Part shown: one piece after another, positions 50,298 to 60,568 of the stretch
Position numbering within the stretch: position 1 is the first letter of the stretch
How the letters are laid out: each line of letters opens with the position of its first letter
Assembly (NCBI GenBank): GCA_030432875.1
Contig: JAUILP010000001.1
Coordinates: 39,086-103,085 of the forward strand
Reading direction: 5' to 3'
DNA from: Oligoflexia bacterium
GTDB taxonomy: Bacteria > Bdellovibrionota_B > Oligoflexia > Oligoflexales > JAGOVF01
DNA length: 64,000 nucleotides
Notes under the pieces: model-generated
What the model saw: the letters and a program-made list of their open reading frames with translations, nothing else
The model's database searches: none
What the model was told of the DNA's origin: nothing
Translations under genes and position numbers: made by a program

Positions 50298-50888
50298 TTA
50301 GTCAATTTTTTGCTGTGGCTTAAAGGCGCCAATTATCTTTCCATGAAGATTTAGTTTACCGGTAGCGAGATCAAAAGTAAAACCATCGCTTCCCCGCATC
50401 CACATTCCATCTCCAAAAATACGAACGTTGCCCGGGGCTTTTATAACCCGATCTTTCTCTAAATATTCGGCAAAATCACTAGCAATGGTAAAGCCTCTTG
50501 TTTGTAAGTCGACATCCTCGCGCAATTCCACTTTTTCTAAATCGTGCGGACCGTTACCTAAGTCGCTAAGGCCACGCATGGAAAAAGTGGCAATCGCCAG
50601 AGGCGTAGACAAAAATTCAGTGTCACTGGAGTCAAGTTTGCGCCAGGCTAATACTTTACCATGAAGGGTTAACGTCCCTGGCTCTATGAAATTTCCCTGC
50701 TCGGCTATTGTTCTTTCTGTTAGGGTGCTGCCAGAAAAGCTTTTAAGAATTCCGTTTGCAAACACAATTACGGAGCCTTTAGTATTTTGCTCATCCCGCG
50801 CTGAGGAAGATTTTTTCTTGTTAAGATAAACCGCTATAGCTGAGGCTAAAAAAACAAAAAACAGAGTGGGTGTAATAATTTTACGCAT
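50298..50888 (-). CDS. lptC: LPS export protein LptC
   Basis: N-terminal TM plus beta-rich periplasmic domain; syntenic position. Confidence 0.7.
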   Translation of the reverse strand: MRKIITPTLFFVFLASAIAVYLNKKKSSSARDEQNTKGSVIVFANGILKSFSGSTLTERTIAEQGNFIEPGTLTLHGKVLAWRKLDSSDTEFLSTPLAIATFSMRGLSDLGNGPHDLEKVELREDVDLQTRGFTIASDFAEYLEKDRVIKAPGNVRIFGDGMWMRGSDGFTFDLATGKLNLHGKIIGAFKPQQKID

Positions 50889-50963
50889 GGTAACGTTCAA
50901 TGTTTGCTGGGTAATAAAAATAGCGCACTAATGCTCTTTGATCAAATGGGCGATAAAAGATCA

Positions 50964-51968
50964 TTATACTATTTTTGCTGCTAAAATATCATGCATTTTT
51001 AGTAAGCCAACGAGGGCATTGTTCGTGGGGTGAGTAACAAATATCGCCGTAATTTTATTTAAATCCATTAGGTTAAAGGCGTCCAGAACAAGGCAGTCAG
51101 CGGCCAGTGATTTGGGGGAGCGACTCATAAGGTCTTCAGAAAGCTTAGTGATAGTATTCTCTTTATATTTTAGAAAGGCTCTGCGTAAGTCTCCATCAGT
51201 AATACAGCCAAGAAGGACATTGTCTTCGATGCCAACGACAGGGGCAATGCCGAGGTTGCCTGAGGTAACCGCTTCTATAACCTCATAAAAATTAGCTTTT
51301 AAGCCGACTGGCTTCAGATTTTTCAAGGGAATCATGACTTCGCGAACAGTCAATAATTTTTTACCTAGGTTTCCACCGGGATGCCAGCGAGCAAATTCAG
51401 TTGTGGAGATATTTTTAACTTCCATGAGGCAAACAGCGAGGGCATCACCCAAAGCTAACGCAAGCGTCGAAGAGGTTGTTGGGGCCAGTCCCAGAGGACA
51501 GGCTTCTTTATCCACGCTGCCATCGAGTACGAAATCACTGAGCTTAGCGAGTTGCGAAGCCGTGTTACCTGTAATGGCAACGATAGGGATGCCGAGGCGG
51601 CGGGCGTAGCGAGCAACTTCATTTACCTCAAAGGTTTCCCCACCAAAGGCTAAAGCGATAAGCGTATCATTGCTTTGTAACATCCCCATATCGCCATGCA
51701 AAGCTTCGCTGGGATGAAGAAAAAAAGCAGAAACTCCGGTGCTTGCAAGTGTGGCGGCGATCTTGTTGGCAATATGTCCGGATTTTCCGAGACCCGTAAC
51801 CACAACTTTGCCAGGGCGAGAAGCTATAGTTGAGACCGCAGCAACAAATGAATCACTCAGTTTTTCAGCTCCCTGGTTTAGTGAGGTAGCTTCTAATGTT
51901 AAAACATTTCGGGCTGTAGTGAGAACTTTTTCTTTAGGGATGTTTGGTGCTAACTGCATGAAATCCAC
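50964..51968 (-). CDS. kdsD: Arabinose-5-phosphate isomerase (KpsF/GutQ)
   Basis: GLGKSGH, HPSEALHGDMG, EACPLGLAPTTS, HPGG, two CBS domains. Confidence 0.95.
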   Translation of the reverse strand: MDFMQLAPNIPKEKVLTTARNVLTLEATSLNQGAEKLSDSFVAAVSTIASRPGKVVVTGLGKSGHIANKIAATLASTGVSAFFLHPSEALHGDMGMLQSNDTLIALAFGGETFEVNEVARYARRLGIPIVAITGNTASQLAKLSDFVLDGSVDKEACPLGLAPTTSSTLALALGDALAVCLMEVKNISTTEFARWHPGGNLGKKLLTVREVMIPLKNLKPVGLKANFYEVIEAVTSGNLGIAPVVGIEDNVLLGCITDGDLRRAFLKYKENTITKLSEDLMSRSPKSLAADCLVLDAFNLMDLNKITAIFVTHPTNNALVGLLKMHDILAAKIV

Positions 51969-53596
51969 TATTCTTTATTGTTTTGATGGTGCCACTCTAA
52001 AGCTTTAGAAACAAATCCTAAAAAAAGAGGATGTGGAGCACTGGGCTTGCTTTTGAGTTCTGGGTGAAACTGGCATCCTAAAAACCAGGGGTGATCTTTA
52101 AGTTCAATAATTTCTACCAAATTTTCATCAGGGGAAAGACCACTAAAAATCATGCCGGCCTCTTCGCAGCGGCCTCGAAAGGCATTGTTAAATTCATATC
52201 GGTGACGATGCCGCTCGCTTACGCCTGGGCGCCCATAAGCGTGTTTTGCTAAGGAGTCTTTTTTTAGCTGACATTTGTAAGCGCCTAAACGCATGGTTCC
52301 GCCCTTTTTAGAAACTTGAGCTTGAGTTTCCATTAGGTGAATGACATTTTGATCGTTTTCTGGTTTGAACTCTTGGCTATCAGCATTTTTAATTTTAAGT
52401 ACGTTGCGACAAAACTCGATCACGCTAAGCTGCATGCCAAGGCATATTCCAAAAAAAGGCTTTTTAAATTCGCGCATATACTTAATGGCAGCGATTTTAC
52501 CTTCTATACCTCTGTTACCAAAGCCACCAGGCACAATCACGCCATCAACATCATTGAGTTTTTGTGCTACGTTGTCTTCATTTATATCTGAGGCCTCAAA
52601 ATATTTTATGACGAGCTCTGTTCTCGATGAAATGCCAGCATGTATAAGAGACTCGTGAATTGACTTATAAGAATCCACTACATCTGTATATTTACCCACA
52701 ATGCCAATAACACACTTTTGCACGGGATTATCGATATTGTAGGCGATGTCCTTCCACTGTGAAAGATCAGGAGCTGCGGCCCAAATATTTAAAAGCTCTA
52801 AAATCTTAGAGTCTAGACCTTGCGCATGGAGATTTAGGGGAAATTTATAAATCGAATCAACATCAATTGATTCATAAACGCAGTCGCGTTTTAAATTGCA
52901 GAAAGATGCGATTTTTTCTTTTTGATCGTTAGGAATACCTCTGTCAGCGCGGCATACCAAAATATCGGGCTGGATACCGAGCTGAAGTAATTCTTTAACA
53001 GAGTGCTGGGTGGGTTTGGTTTTTAGTTCTTTGGCGGCACTAATATAGGGCACTAAAGTCAAATGCAAATAAAGCGTATGGCTAGTGCCAAGGTCATACC
53101 GAATTTGCCTAATGGCTTCTAAAAAGGGCAGGCTTTCAATATCACCAACAGTTCCACCTATTTCAACAATGGATATATCAACGCCCTCAGAGGCTTTATA
53201 GATGTTTTCTTTTATTTGACTGGTTATGTGTGGGATGACCTGAACAGTTCCTCCCAAATAGTCGCCTTTTCGTTCTTTATTAATCACGCTGTCATAAACC
53301 TGTCCGGTCGAAAAACTATTGAGACGCGTCAGCGTTGCATTAGTAAAGCGCTCATAATGCCCAATATCTAAATCCGTTTCGGCTCCATCATCGGTGACAA
53401 AGACTTCTCCGTGCTGGAATGGGCTCATGGTACCGGGATCGACATTGATATACGGGTCCGCCTTGGTTAGGATAACGCGAAGGCCCCTGGTCTCTAACAA
53501 AGCGCCTAGGCAGGCAGCCAAGGTTCCCTTGCCCAAGGATGAACAGACTCCTCCGGTTACAAAAATATACTTTGTATGTTTTTTTTTCGATGACAT
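51968..53596 (-). CDS. pyrG: CTP synthase
   Basis: [44 protein letters not shown]. Confidence 0.98.
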   Translation of the reverse strand: MSSKKKHTKYIFVTGGVCSSLGKGTLAACLGALLETRGLRVILTKADPYINVDPGTMSPFQHGEVFVTDDGAETDLDIGHYERFTNATLTRLNSFSTGQVYDSVINKERKGDYLGGTVQVIPHITSQIKENIYKASEGVDISIVEIGGTVGDIESLPFLEAIRQIRYDLGTSHTLYLHLTLVPYISAAKELKTKPTQHSVKELLQLGIQPDILVCRADRGIPNDQKEKIASFCNLKRDCVYESIDVDSIYKFPLNLHAQGLDSKILELLNIWAAAPDLSQWKDIAYNIDNPVQKCVIGIVGKYTDVVDSYKSIHESLIHAGISSRTELVIKYFEASDINEDNVAQKLNDVDGVIVPGGFGNRGIEGKIAAIKYMREFKKPFFGICLGMQLSVIEFCRNVLKIKNADSQEFKPENDQNVIHLMETQAQVSKKGGTMRLGAYKCQLKKDSLAKHAYGRPGVSERHRHRYEFNNAFRGRCEEAGMIFSGLSPDENLVEIIELKDHPWFLGCQFHPELKSKPSAPHPLFLGFVSKALEWHHQNNKE

Positions 53597-53748
53597 CGGT
53601 ATGTATCCAAATGTGTGGCGAATATACGAAGAAGACCACTGCTCTATGGGGCTTAATCATAGTTGATCGGTGTCCGTAGGGTCAAGGCGGAATTTAGCCC
53701 AAATATGCTATTTTGGGTACCGATCTTTTTTGCCTTAAATTCTCTAGG

Positions 53749-54192
53749 CTAAGGAAATTCAGCTTTGCCAGTATAGCAATTTTTGCCATTGACATGAACA
53801 TCATAGGAAATGGGGACGGCTTTAGATACCATCGCACTGACAGCACAGTAGCGAGACTGAGATAACTTAGCAGCTTCTATGGCTTTTTCTGGATCTAAAC
53901 CCTCGCCAACTAAAAAATAGTCAATATGAAGCGCCGTAAAAATAGTGGGATGTTCCGTTGTTTTTTCTGCCGCAATGTTAATTTCAAATGATTCTAATGG
54001 TTCTTTCCATTTTTTCATTAGAGAAGAGATATCCATGCCTGTACACCCGCCAATAGCGGCAAGCAGGAGCTGCTTGGGTGTGGCACCTTCGTCTCTTCCT
54101 CCGACAAGTCGGACAGCATCCATGACAACGGCATGGTCTCCTAGTTGAGCTTTAAATGCCATAGGGCTTTGCCAAGTGATTTTAGCTTCCAT
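53749..54192 (-). CDS. OsmC family protein
   Basis: TPKQLLLAAIGGCTGMD and YCAVS Cys pair. Confidence 0.88.
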   Translation of the reverse strand: MEAKITWQSPMAFKAQLGDHAVVMDAVRLVGGRDEGATPKQLLLAAIGGCTGMDISSLMKKWKEPLESFEINIAAEKTTEHPTIFTALHIDYFLVGEGLDPEKAIEAAKLSQSRYCAVSAMVSKAVPISYDVHVNGKNCYTGKAEFP

Positions 54193-54375
54193 ATCTTTAC
54201 TCCTTAAAAGGTTTTTGAAAAAAATTGAAGAAACCGCTTGCCTATTATACCCTTACCGACTCTAAGAACAAGGTAACGAAAATTATTTTTTATTTTCTTT
54301 AGGCGGTGTCATCTTTTAAAGACAGCTTGCCCAAATGATTTGAAGGGGTTTCAGTCCTGAAAACAGGGCATGAAC

Positions 54376-55428
54376 CTAGTTTACAGGATATTTTTTTTGA
54401 TTCCATGCGATCATGCCCCCGGCAAGATTGATCACATGAGCAAAGCCAATTTCTATACTTGTGGCGGTAGCATGGGCCGAGCGGGCGCCGCTTCGGCAGA
54501 CAAGAACAATTTCTTCGTCTTTCGGTAAGCTTCTTAAATAATTTAGAAGTTCTGGTCCTAGGGGGGCGAGTACGGAGCCTGGGACATGCCCGAGTTCTCC
54601 TGTAAACTCTTCCGGTGTTCTCACGTCGATGATTTTGGTTTTCCCGAGCCCAGCGTGAAGATCGTCTGCAGATATTTCTGGAATTCCTCGTACCGTTTGT
54701 GGTGTAAACACCAAAGCAGGACCCAAGATGCCGCACTTTAAATTTGCGGGCAAAGCGAGGTCCATGTTTTGGGGCTTGGGAAGCCTTAATTCACCCATGG
54801 TTTTCACAAATTCTGATTCTGAAGTGTTAAGGTTTAGCCTGCGGTTATATTTTTTTTCTTGAGCAACAGTGCTATAGGGCAAGCCTTGATAGTCGTGGCC
54901 GGGATAAATGCGCGTTTCTTCAGGCAAAGAGAAGAGCTTTAGCGTGATGCTTTTATAGAGCGTTGTCGCTGAACCTTGCTGAAAATCTGTACGCCCTGCG
55001 CTTCTTATCAATAATGCGTCTCCTGTAAACACCATGCCGTGAGTATAATAACTCATGCAGCCATCTGTATGCCCTGGTGTTGCAATGGCTTTGAGAGAAA
55101 TAGAGCCAGCCGAAAGAACGTCCCCATCATTTAAGGATAAGTCATAGCAATCAAGCTGCATTTTGCTGCTAGCGGCTGTTTGGGCTCCCGTGCTTTTGCG
55201 TATTGCACCTGCCCCCGTAATATGATCAGCATGAATGTGGGTATCTAGGACATACTTTAGCTTGAGGTCAAGCTCCTGTACCAGCGTAAGATCGCGCTCT
55301 ATCTTATCAAGCACCGTATCAATCAGAATAGCCTCCTTACTTATGGGATCGGCAAGGAGATAGGTGTACGTAGAGGTGCTGGGTTCTAATAGCTGATAAA
55401 AAATAATATTTTCGCTCATATTTAACAT
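54376..55428 (-). CDS. Persulfide dioxygenase (ETHE1-like MBL)-rhodanese fusion
   Basis: STYTYLL, THIHADHITG, TPGHT, GDALLIR..GRTDFQ, HDY; rhodanese DVR.P.EF, CRSGARS, GGMIAW. Confidence 0.92.
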   Translation of the reverse strand: MLNMSENIIFYQLLEPSTSTYTYLLADPISKEAILIDTVLDKIERDLTLVQELDLKLKYVLDTHIHADHITGAGAIRKSTGAQTAASSKMQLDCYDLSLNDGDVLSAGSISLKAIATPGHTDGCMSYYTHGMVFTGDALLIRSAGRTDFQQGSATTLYKSITLKLFSLPEETRIYPGHDYQGLPYSTVAQEKKYNRRLNLNTSESEFVKTMGELRLPKPQNMDLALPANLKCGILGPALVFTPQTVRGIPEISADDLHAGLGKTKIIDVRTPEEFTGELGHVPGSVLAPLGPELLNYLRSLPKDEEIVLVCRSGARSAHATATSIEIGFAHVINLAGGMIAWNQKKYPVN

Positions 55429-55662
55429 CTCCAGTAGGTAGATCCTTTTTTAGAAGACTATGCGCAAAAAGCGAAATGGTCTAGATTTTCCCGCTTTCCC
55501 TTTTCCTAAAAAAGCTTGATCAGGAGAGTGCTCCATGTTAAGCCATTAAATACCGGAAAAAACACCTATTTTAATGTGGGAAACATTTTCAGGGACATGA
55601 CGCAGCTGCGATTGGCGCGACCTTTATGGGTGGTTAATAGAAATATTTTTTAGGATTTTTTT

Positions 55663-56247
55663 ATGAAAGATATCATCAACCAGGCATTAATCGAAGCCCG
55701 TGGAGCTCTGGAACAGTTCACGGGAAACCCTAAAAATATTCGCCAAGTTGAGCGTGCAGCTGAACTGATGAGTGCCAGTTTTAAAACGGGGAATAAAATA
55801 TACAGTGCGGGAAATGGTGGCTCGATGTGTGATGCCATGCACTTTGCTGAAGAGCTCAGCGGGCGGTTTCGCGACAATCGCAAGCCTCTTCCTGCCATAG
55901 CGATATCTGACCCAGGATATCTAAGCTGCGTTGCCAATGATTATGGATTTGATCAGGTGTTTTCTCGCTTTTTACAGGCGCACGCAAAAGTTGGTGATAT
56001 ATTTCTTGCGATTTCAACCAGTGGCAAAAGTCCCAATATCTTAAATGCGGCGAGGATGGCAAAGGAAATGGGTGTTTCTGTTATAGCATTGACGGGAACT
56101 TCGGAAACAGAGCTGACGCACCTTGCTGACATCGTTATAGCGGCGCCGGGCAAAAAATATGCAGACCGCGTACAGGAGCTTCATATCAAAATCATCCATA
56201 TTTTGATCGAATGCATTGAACATTCTTTGGGTTTAACGACGGACTGA
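55663..56247 (+). CDS. gmhA: Phosphoheptose isomerase
   Basis: GNGGSMCDAMHFAEEL, NDYG, STSGKSPN, DRVQELHI. Confidence 0.96.
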   Translation: MKDIINQALIEARGALEQFTGNPKNIRQVERAAELMSASFKTGNKIYSAGNGGSMCDAMHFAEELSGRFRDNRKPLPAIAISDPGYLSCVANDYGFDQVFSRFLQAHAKVGDIFLAISTSGKSPNILNAARMAKEMGVSVIALTGTSETELTHLADIVIAAPGKKYADRVQELHIKIIHILIECIEHSLGLTTD

Positions 56248-56336
56248 TTCGCTCATTTTTAGCAAAATCCCCCGCTTAAATGGTCCCAATTATGGCACAA
56301 TGAAGAGCTCATTATAGGAAAAATAGGTCAAAAAAA

Positions 56337-58109
56337 ATGGCAAAATGGGTCATTGGTAGCGAGCAAAATACGCATTTGATCTCTCCAAAAATTTTGGATC
56401 AAGTTCCCTGGAGTCTTCAGGGAAAGATACAAAACAAAAATTCTTTATATAAAAACATCGAGACGCTATCTAAGAGGCTTAAAGCCGAAGCAGTAGGCAA
56501 TCCCCATGTCCACGTGATATGCATTTTTGAGCCAGCATGGCAAAAACACCTAGTAGACCTACTGCTTTCTCTAAAACTGCAGGTTTGGCCAAACCTAAGC
56601 ATCACCATTATCACTTATAACAAAAGTCAAAAAAAAATAGTCGACCGCGCTTCCCAGGACTGCGCTTTTGAGGGTGAGGTTCGGTGTTTTACCGGTTCTC
56701 GGGACAATATTATTTCTGATCTTATACAAATTCATAAACACACAAGCTCTAACGATGGGGATTTTTTTGCTCTTGTGAATATGAGCGATCTCGTCCATCC
56801 CCTGGCCTTTTACAATTTAATTGAAGCGAGCAGGTTGGATAAAACGCTAAACTTTTTTTATCCAAATGTGGCAAAAGTATCATCGAGAGGTAACTTGCTA
56901 AAAAGTTTTTGCCACAAACCGGACTTTGATGTTTCCACCCTTATTCGCCGCAATTTTCTGGGGACTTTTTGCCTCATAAAGGCAAGTCTTATCGGGGAAC
57001 TGGCTCGAAGCTCGCTGCCTTCTTATCCTGACCGCTTAGCGCCTTTCGGGTGGCACCCTCTTTTTTTGGCTTTATCTCAACTCAATGAATTTAATGCTAA
57101 GCACACGCATCAATTTTTATACCTCGAAAGACTTGTGCCTTGGCCTATTAAGTTTAAAGAACTCAGTAAAAAAACTTATGCCAATTTTTTTAGCTTTATC
57201 GCTCTAGCTGTATCAGCTCAAAAGCCGAACTTGTCTCTAGCTTTTAAGTTAAAGTTTTCTCGCAAAAAACCATACTTTGAGGTGGCCTGTGCGGGGGGGG
57301 GGAAGAAAAAAGTTCTTATCGTCGTTTATAGGCAGAATTCTAAGCGTGATGATAACGCTCCTTTAAGGAGGGTCATCAAAAATATTGAGCGGCAAGATAG
57401 AGAAAACATCAAGGTAGAAATTTTGAATCTGGGTTCTAAGCCTGAAGGCTGGGAGCGAAGCCAAAAAAAATATTCAAGTGCGCTCAAAGTTTTTTTCTTT
57501 TCCGAATTCATGGGCCTGGATTTATCACCCCACTATATAAACGAGGGAATAAACAAATTAGGGCTTCACTTTGATTATCTTATGCTGTGGCGGCAGGATC
57601 TTGTTTATAAAAAGAGCGCTGTCTTAAAAACTCTTTGCGGTGAGTTATCTTTTAATTCACAAATAGCGGCTGCCTGCACACGCTTAGCTTATAAAAAAGA
57701 TCTGGGGTTTAGTGGTCTGCTCCTAAAAGCAAGGAAACTCAACGAAGAGTTGGTATTTAAAACGAGAGAGATGAGTAGCGATGAATATGGGAAGCAGGAA
57801 CGCACAAGCTGTTTTGTGAACTACAGCGGAGTTATGCTAAACAAGACATTTTGGGATTCAATAAAAAAAGAAAAAATTAGTATCTTGAGTGTCAATGATC
57901 AGGTGGAATTAACATTGAGAGCCATACGCAAAGGATTTAAATTTTTTTATTTTGGCAGCCTAGTGGGTAGATTGGGATTTCTGGAATTATTCCATGGACT
58001 GCATGATCAACCGCTCCCCAATTATTTGAACCATACTTATAAAAAAGAAATTAGACATTTTTTTGAGGCTCAATACTATGTAGAAAAAAATACAAATACG
58101 AGTGAGTAA
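56337..58109 (+). CDS. Double-domain GT2-like protein with degenerate catalytic motifs
   Basis: LQVWPNLSI, KPDFD...RRNFL, IN.G...FDYLML, LTLRA...GF match tandem GT2 O-antigen enzymes. Confidence 0.6.
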   Translation: MAKWVIGSEQNTHLISPKILDQVPWSLQGKIQNKNSLYKNIETLSKRLKAEAVGNPHVHVICIFEPAWQKHLVDLLLSLKLQVWPNLSITIITYNKSQKKIVDRASQDCAFEGEVRCFTGSRDNIISDLIQIHKHTSSNDGDFFALVNMSDLVHPLAFYNLIEASRLDKTLNFFYPNVAKVSSRGNLLKSFCHKPDFDVSTLIRRNFLGTFCLIKASLIGELARSSLPSYPDRLAPFGWHPLFLALSQLNEFNAKHTHQFLYLERLVPWPIKFKELSKKTYANFFSFIALAVSAQKPNLSLAFKLKFSRKKPYFEVACAGGGKKKVLIVVYRQNSKRDDNAPLRRVIKNIERQDRENIKVEILNLGSKPEGWERSQKKYSSALKVFFFSEFMGLDLSPHYINEGINKLGLHFDYLMLWRQDLVYKKSAVLKTLCGELSFNSQIAAACTRLAYKKDLGFSGLLLKARKLNEELVFKTREMSSDEYGKQERTSCFVNYSGVMLNKTFWDSIKKEKISILSVNDQVELTLRAIRKGFKFFYFGSLVGRLGFLELFHGLHDQPLPNYLNHTYKKEIRHFFEAQYYVEKNTNTSE

Positions 58110-58181
58110 TTTTGATTTTCAATTAAACCGGTGCTTCAGGAAATAGGTAAAATTAATGCTTAATATTATATTTAAAAAGTA

Positions 58182-58212
58182 GCAGCTTATATATTGACAC
58201 AATTAGCTGCTT
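58182..58212. terminator. Hairpin between convergent genes
   Basis: AGCAGCT...AGCTGCT inverted repeat between the GT2-like stop and the nrfD-like stop. Confidence 0.3.
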
Positions 58213-58277
58213 AGGGCGCAGAATTAGAAACGCTTTGCGCGGAGTTGCAGGGCTTTGATGCGCGGCCAATAAGGTAA

Positions 58278-59501
58278 TCAATTGGCGTCTTTCGCGTCCG
58301 ATCGAAAAGTACCAAGCTCAATGCCGATTGCCACTTTGACAAGGACAGTAAGGACTAGCATGCCACCAGCTAATATCCCCGTTGTGATGCCAACTTCAAC
58401 TAAAGTCGGACTATATTCAACAATTTCACCGATAGGAGAAGGGATGAAACCAGGAACCACCAGACCCATGCCTTTTTCAATCCATATCGCCAAAAATAGC
58501 ATGATACATAACCCCATTAGGATTTTGTGGTTCTCCCTTAATTTGTGAATCGAGAGCATTAGAGTTGCTATGATATTCATGCTGATCGCAGTCCAAATCC
58601 ATGGAACTAAGGCAGAATGCCCATGCAATCCAAAAAACAAATATATCGCGCTGCTTGAGTGTTCGGTCGGATGATAAAATTCTTTGAATATTTCGGAACC
58701 AAGCATAATTAGATTGATTTGAGCCGCAATAGCGACCACAAGAGCTAGTTTGCTAATTACGCGTTTTTGAATTTTAAAACCGGTGCTGTAATCTAACACA
58801 CTCAATATTACCAAAATAAAAGCTGGACCGGCAGCAAAAGCAGAAGCTAAAAATCTCGGACCTAGCAAGGCATTATTCCAAAAAGGTCTCGCGGGTAGCC
58901 CGGCATAAAGAAAGGCTGTTACCAAATGTATGGCAATCGCCCAAAATACTGAAAGCAAAATAAAAGGAAAATATTTCTTTTTATTCGCTTCCTTTCCTCT
59001 GTAATGACTAAACAAAATATAAAAAGGAATCAAAAGATTTAGTGCAAGATATCCATTTAAAACCAATACATCCCAAGCGAGCATCGAATTAGGCCAATTA
59101 AAATATCCAAGTTTGGGGATAAGGTGCCAAACTTTTTCAGGACTTCCGAGATCAACAGTTACAAAGGATAAACACATAATAAGAGCGGAAACAGCTACGC
59201 CTTCTCCAATTAAAGCGACTTTAGTGAAGTCGGCATCATTAAAAATATATGCAGGCAAAATCAGCATAACAGCGGCAGCGGCAATTCCGACGAAAAAAGT
59301 AAAATTGCTAATATAGAGACCCCAGCTTACATGATCAGTCATGCCAGTGACTTTTAAGCCTTCTGAAATTTGAATGGAATAGGCAAAAACTCCTATTCCA
59401 ATCAAGGCAACTAAGCTAATTAACCAGGTAAAATAAAGTTTTGACCCTTTAAGCGCATGAAGAATTCCGTCTTTAATAAAATGAAACAGCAAATTTGTCA
59501 T
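58278..59501 (-). CDS. NrfD/PsrC (polysulfide reductase membrane anchor) family protein
   Basis: TGMTDHVSWGLYI.NFTF.VGIAA, DLG.P, S.L.WD, H.VTAFL, RPFWN; about 10 TMs; ATG 59501. Confidence 0.9.
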   Translation of the reverse strand: MTNLLFHFIKDGILHALKGSKLYFTWLISLVALIGIGVFAYSIQISEGLKVTGMTDHVSWGLYISNFTFFVGIAAAAVMLILPAYIFNDADFTKVALIGEGVAVSALIMCLSFVTVDLGSPEKVWHLIPKLGYFNWPNSMLAWDVLVLNGYLALNLLIPFYILFSHYRGKEANKKKYFPFILLSVFWAIAIHLVTAFLYAGLPARPFWNNALLGPRFLASAFAAGPAFILVILSVLDYSTGFKIQKRVISKLALVVAIAAQINLIMLGSEIFKEFYHPTEHSSSAIYLFFGLHGHSALVPWIWTAISMNIIATLMLSIHKLRENHKILMGLCIMLFLAIWIEKGMGLVVPGFIPSPIGEIVEYSPTLVEVGITTGILAGGMLVLTVLVKVAIGIELGTFRSDAKDAN

Positions 59502-59503
59502 AT

Positions 59504-60568
59504 TTAATCCATGTAATACCAAAACTTTGGTTCTGTTCCGAGATCTTCTTTTAATCTAAATACTTTTTTGTTTTCAATGATATAGCGAATTTCACTGTTG
59601 GGGTCCAACAAGTTTCCAAATGTCCGTGAGCCGGTAGGGCATGCATCAACGCACGCAGGTTGTAAGCCCTTGCGGGTTCTTTGAATGCAAAACGTACATT
59701 TTTCCATGACCCCTTTTCCCCGTTTTCTATTTCCAAGATAGTGCTGTTCTGTATTAAGTTCTTCATTTGGAATTTGTGGCGCACCCCAATTGAATCGTCT
59801 CCCCCAATATGGGCAAGCGGCCTCACAGTAGCGGCAGCCAATGCACCAGTCATAATCGACAACAACAATCCCGTCAGGTTCTTTCCAGGTGGCTCCCACA
59901 GGACAAACTTCGATGCAGGGTGCTTTTTCACAGTGAAAGCATTGAGTCCCTAAATAAAATTTCCCCTCTACGGGAACTTCATGAGAATATTTGGAATTGC
60001 CCGACTCAATGTTTAAATTGCCATTTTCCATTTCAAAAATATTTATGTACTGCATATTAGATTCGCGATCTTGATTGTTCTCTTTGACGCAGGCTTCAAC
60101 ACAATCCATATAACCTTGGCATTTAGAAATATTAAAAGCATAACCAAAAAGAACGCCATCTTTAGCAGGAGTATCAGAAACATTGATAATTTCATTATTT
60201 TTAACTTTAGCCAGCTTTTCTATGCGTTTGACTGTCTCGCCTTTTTCCTGATCAGTCATGAGTCGGTAATTTTTTTTGAAAAACTCCTCCCAGCTGAGGC
60301 CGAGTTTATCTTTTGTTTCTTCATCTAGCATATTGCTACAGGCGCTGAACGCAAAAGCCGCACCTACTCCCCCTCCGGCTAACCCTATTGCTGCCCTGCG
60401 AGAGGTTTTCTTGCCAAATGCGCCCCCTACCATCTTGGGGGGATTCTTAGGACACGTTGTTGGGGGAATGGAATCAGAGTGACAATCTGACTTTATTTCT
60501 TTGGATGCTAATGATCTGTCATATTTTAGTGCCGACATTATTTTATGGCGTAAATCTTTTAGTCTCAT
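59504..60568 (-). CDS. NrfC/DmsB-type iron-sulfur protein with Tat-lipoprotein-like signal
   Basis: CFHCEKAPCIEVCP, CIGCRYCEAACP, KCTFC...PACVDACP; SRR...FSAC. Confidence 0.9.
   Translation of the reverse strand: MRLKDLRHKIMSALKYDRSLASKEIKSDCHSDSIPPTTCPKNPPKMVGGAFGKKTSRRAAIGLAGGGVGAAFAFSACSNMLDEETKDKLGLSWEEFFKKNYRLMTDQEKGETVKRIEKLAKVKNNEIINVSDTPAKDGVLFGYAFNISKCQGYMDCVEACVKENNQDRESNMQYINIFEMENGNLNIESGNSKYSHEVPVEGKFYLGTQCFHCEKAPCIEVCPVGATWKEPDGIVVVDYDWCIGCRYCEAACPYWGRRFNWGAPQIPNEELNTEQHYLGNRKRGKGVMEKCTFCIQRTRKGLQPACVDACPTGSRTFGNLLDPNSEIRYIIENKKVFRLKEDLGTEPKFWYYMD

Noticed and set aside
56293-56308. TGGCAC before the GT2-like gene as a sigma54 promoter
   Set aside because: No GC at the required GG-N10-GC spacing.
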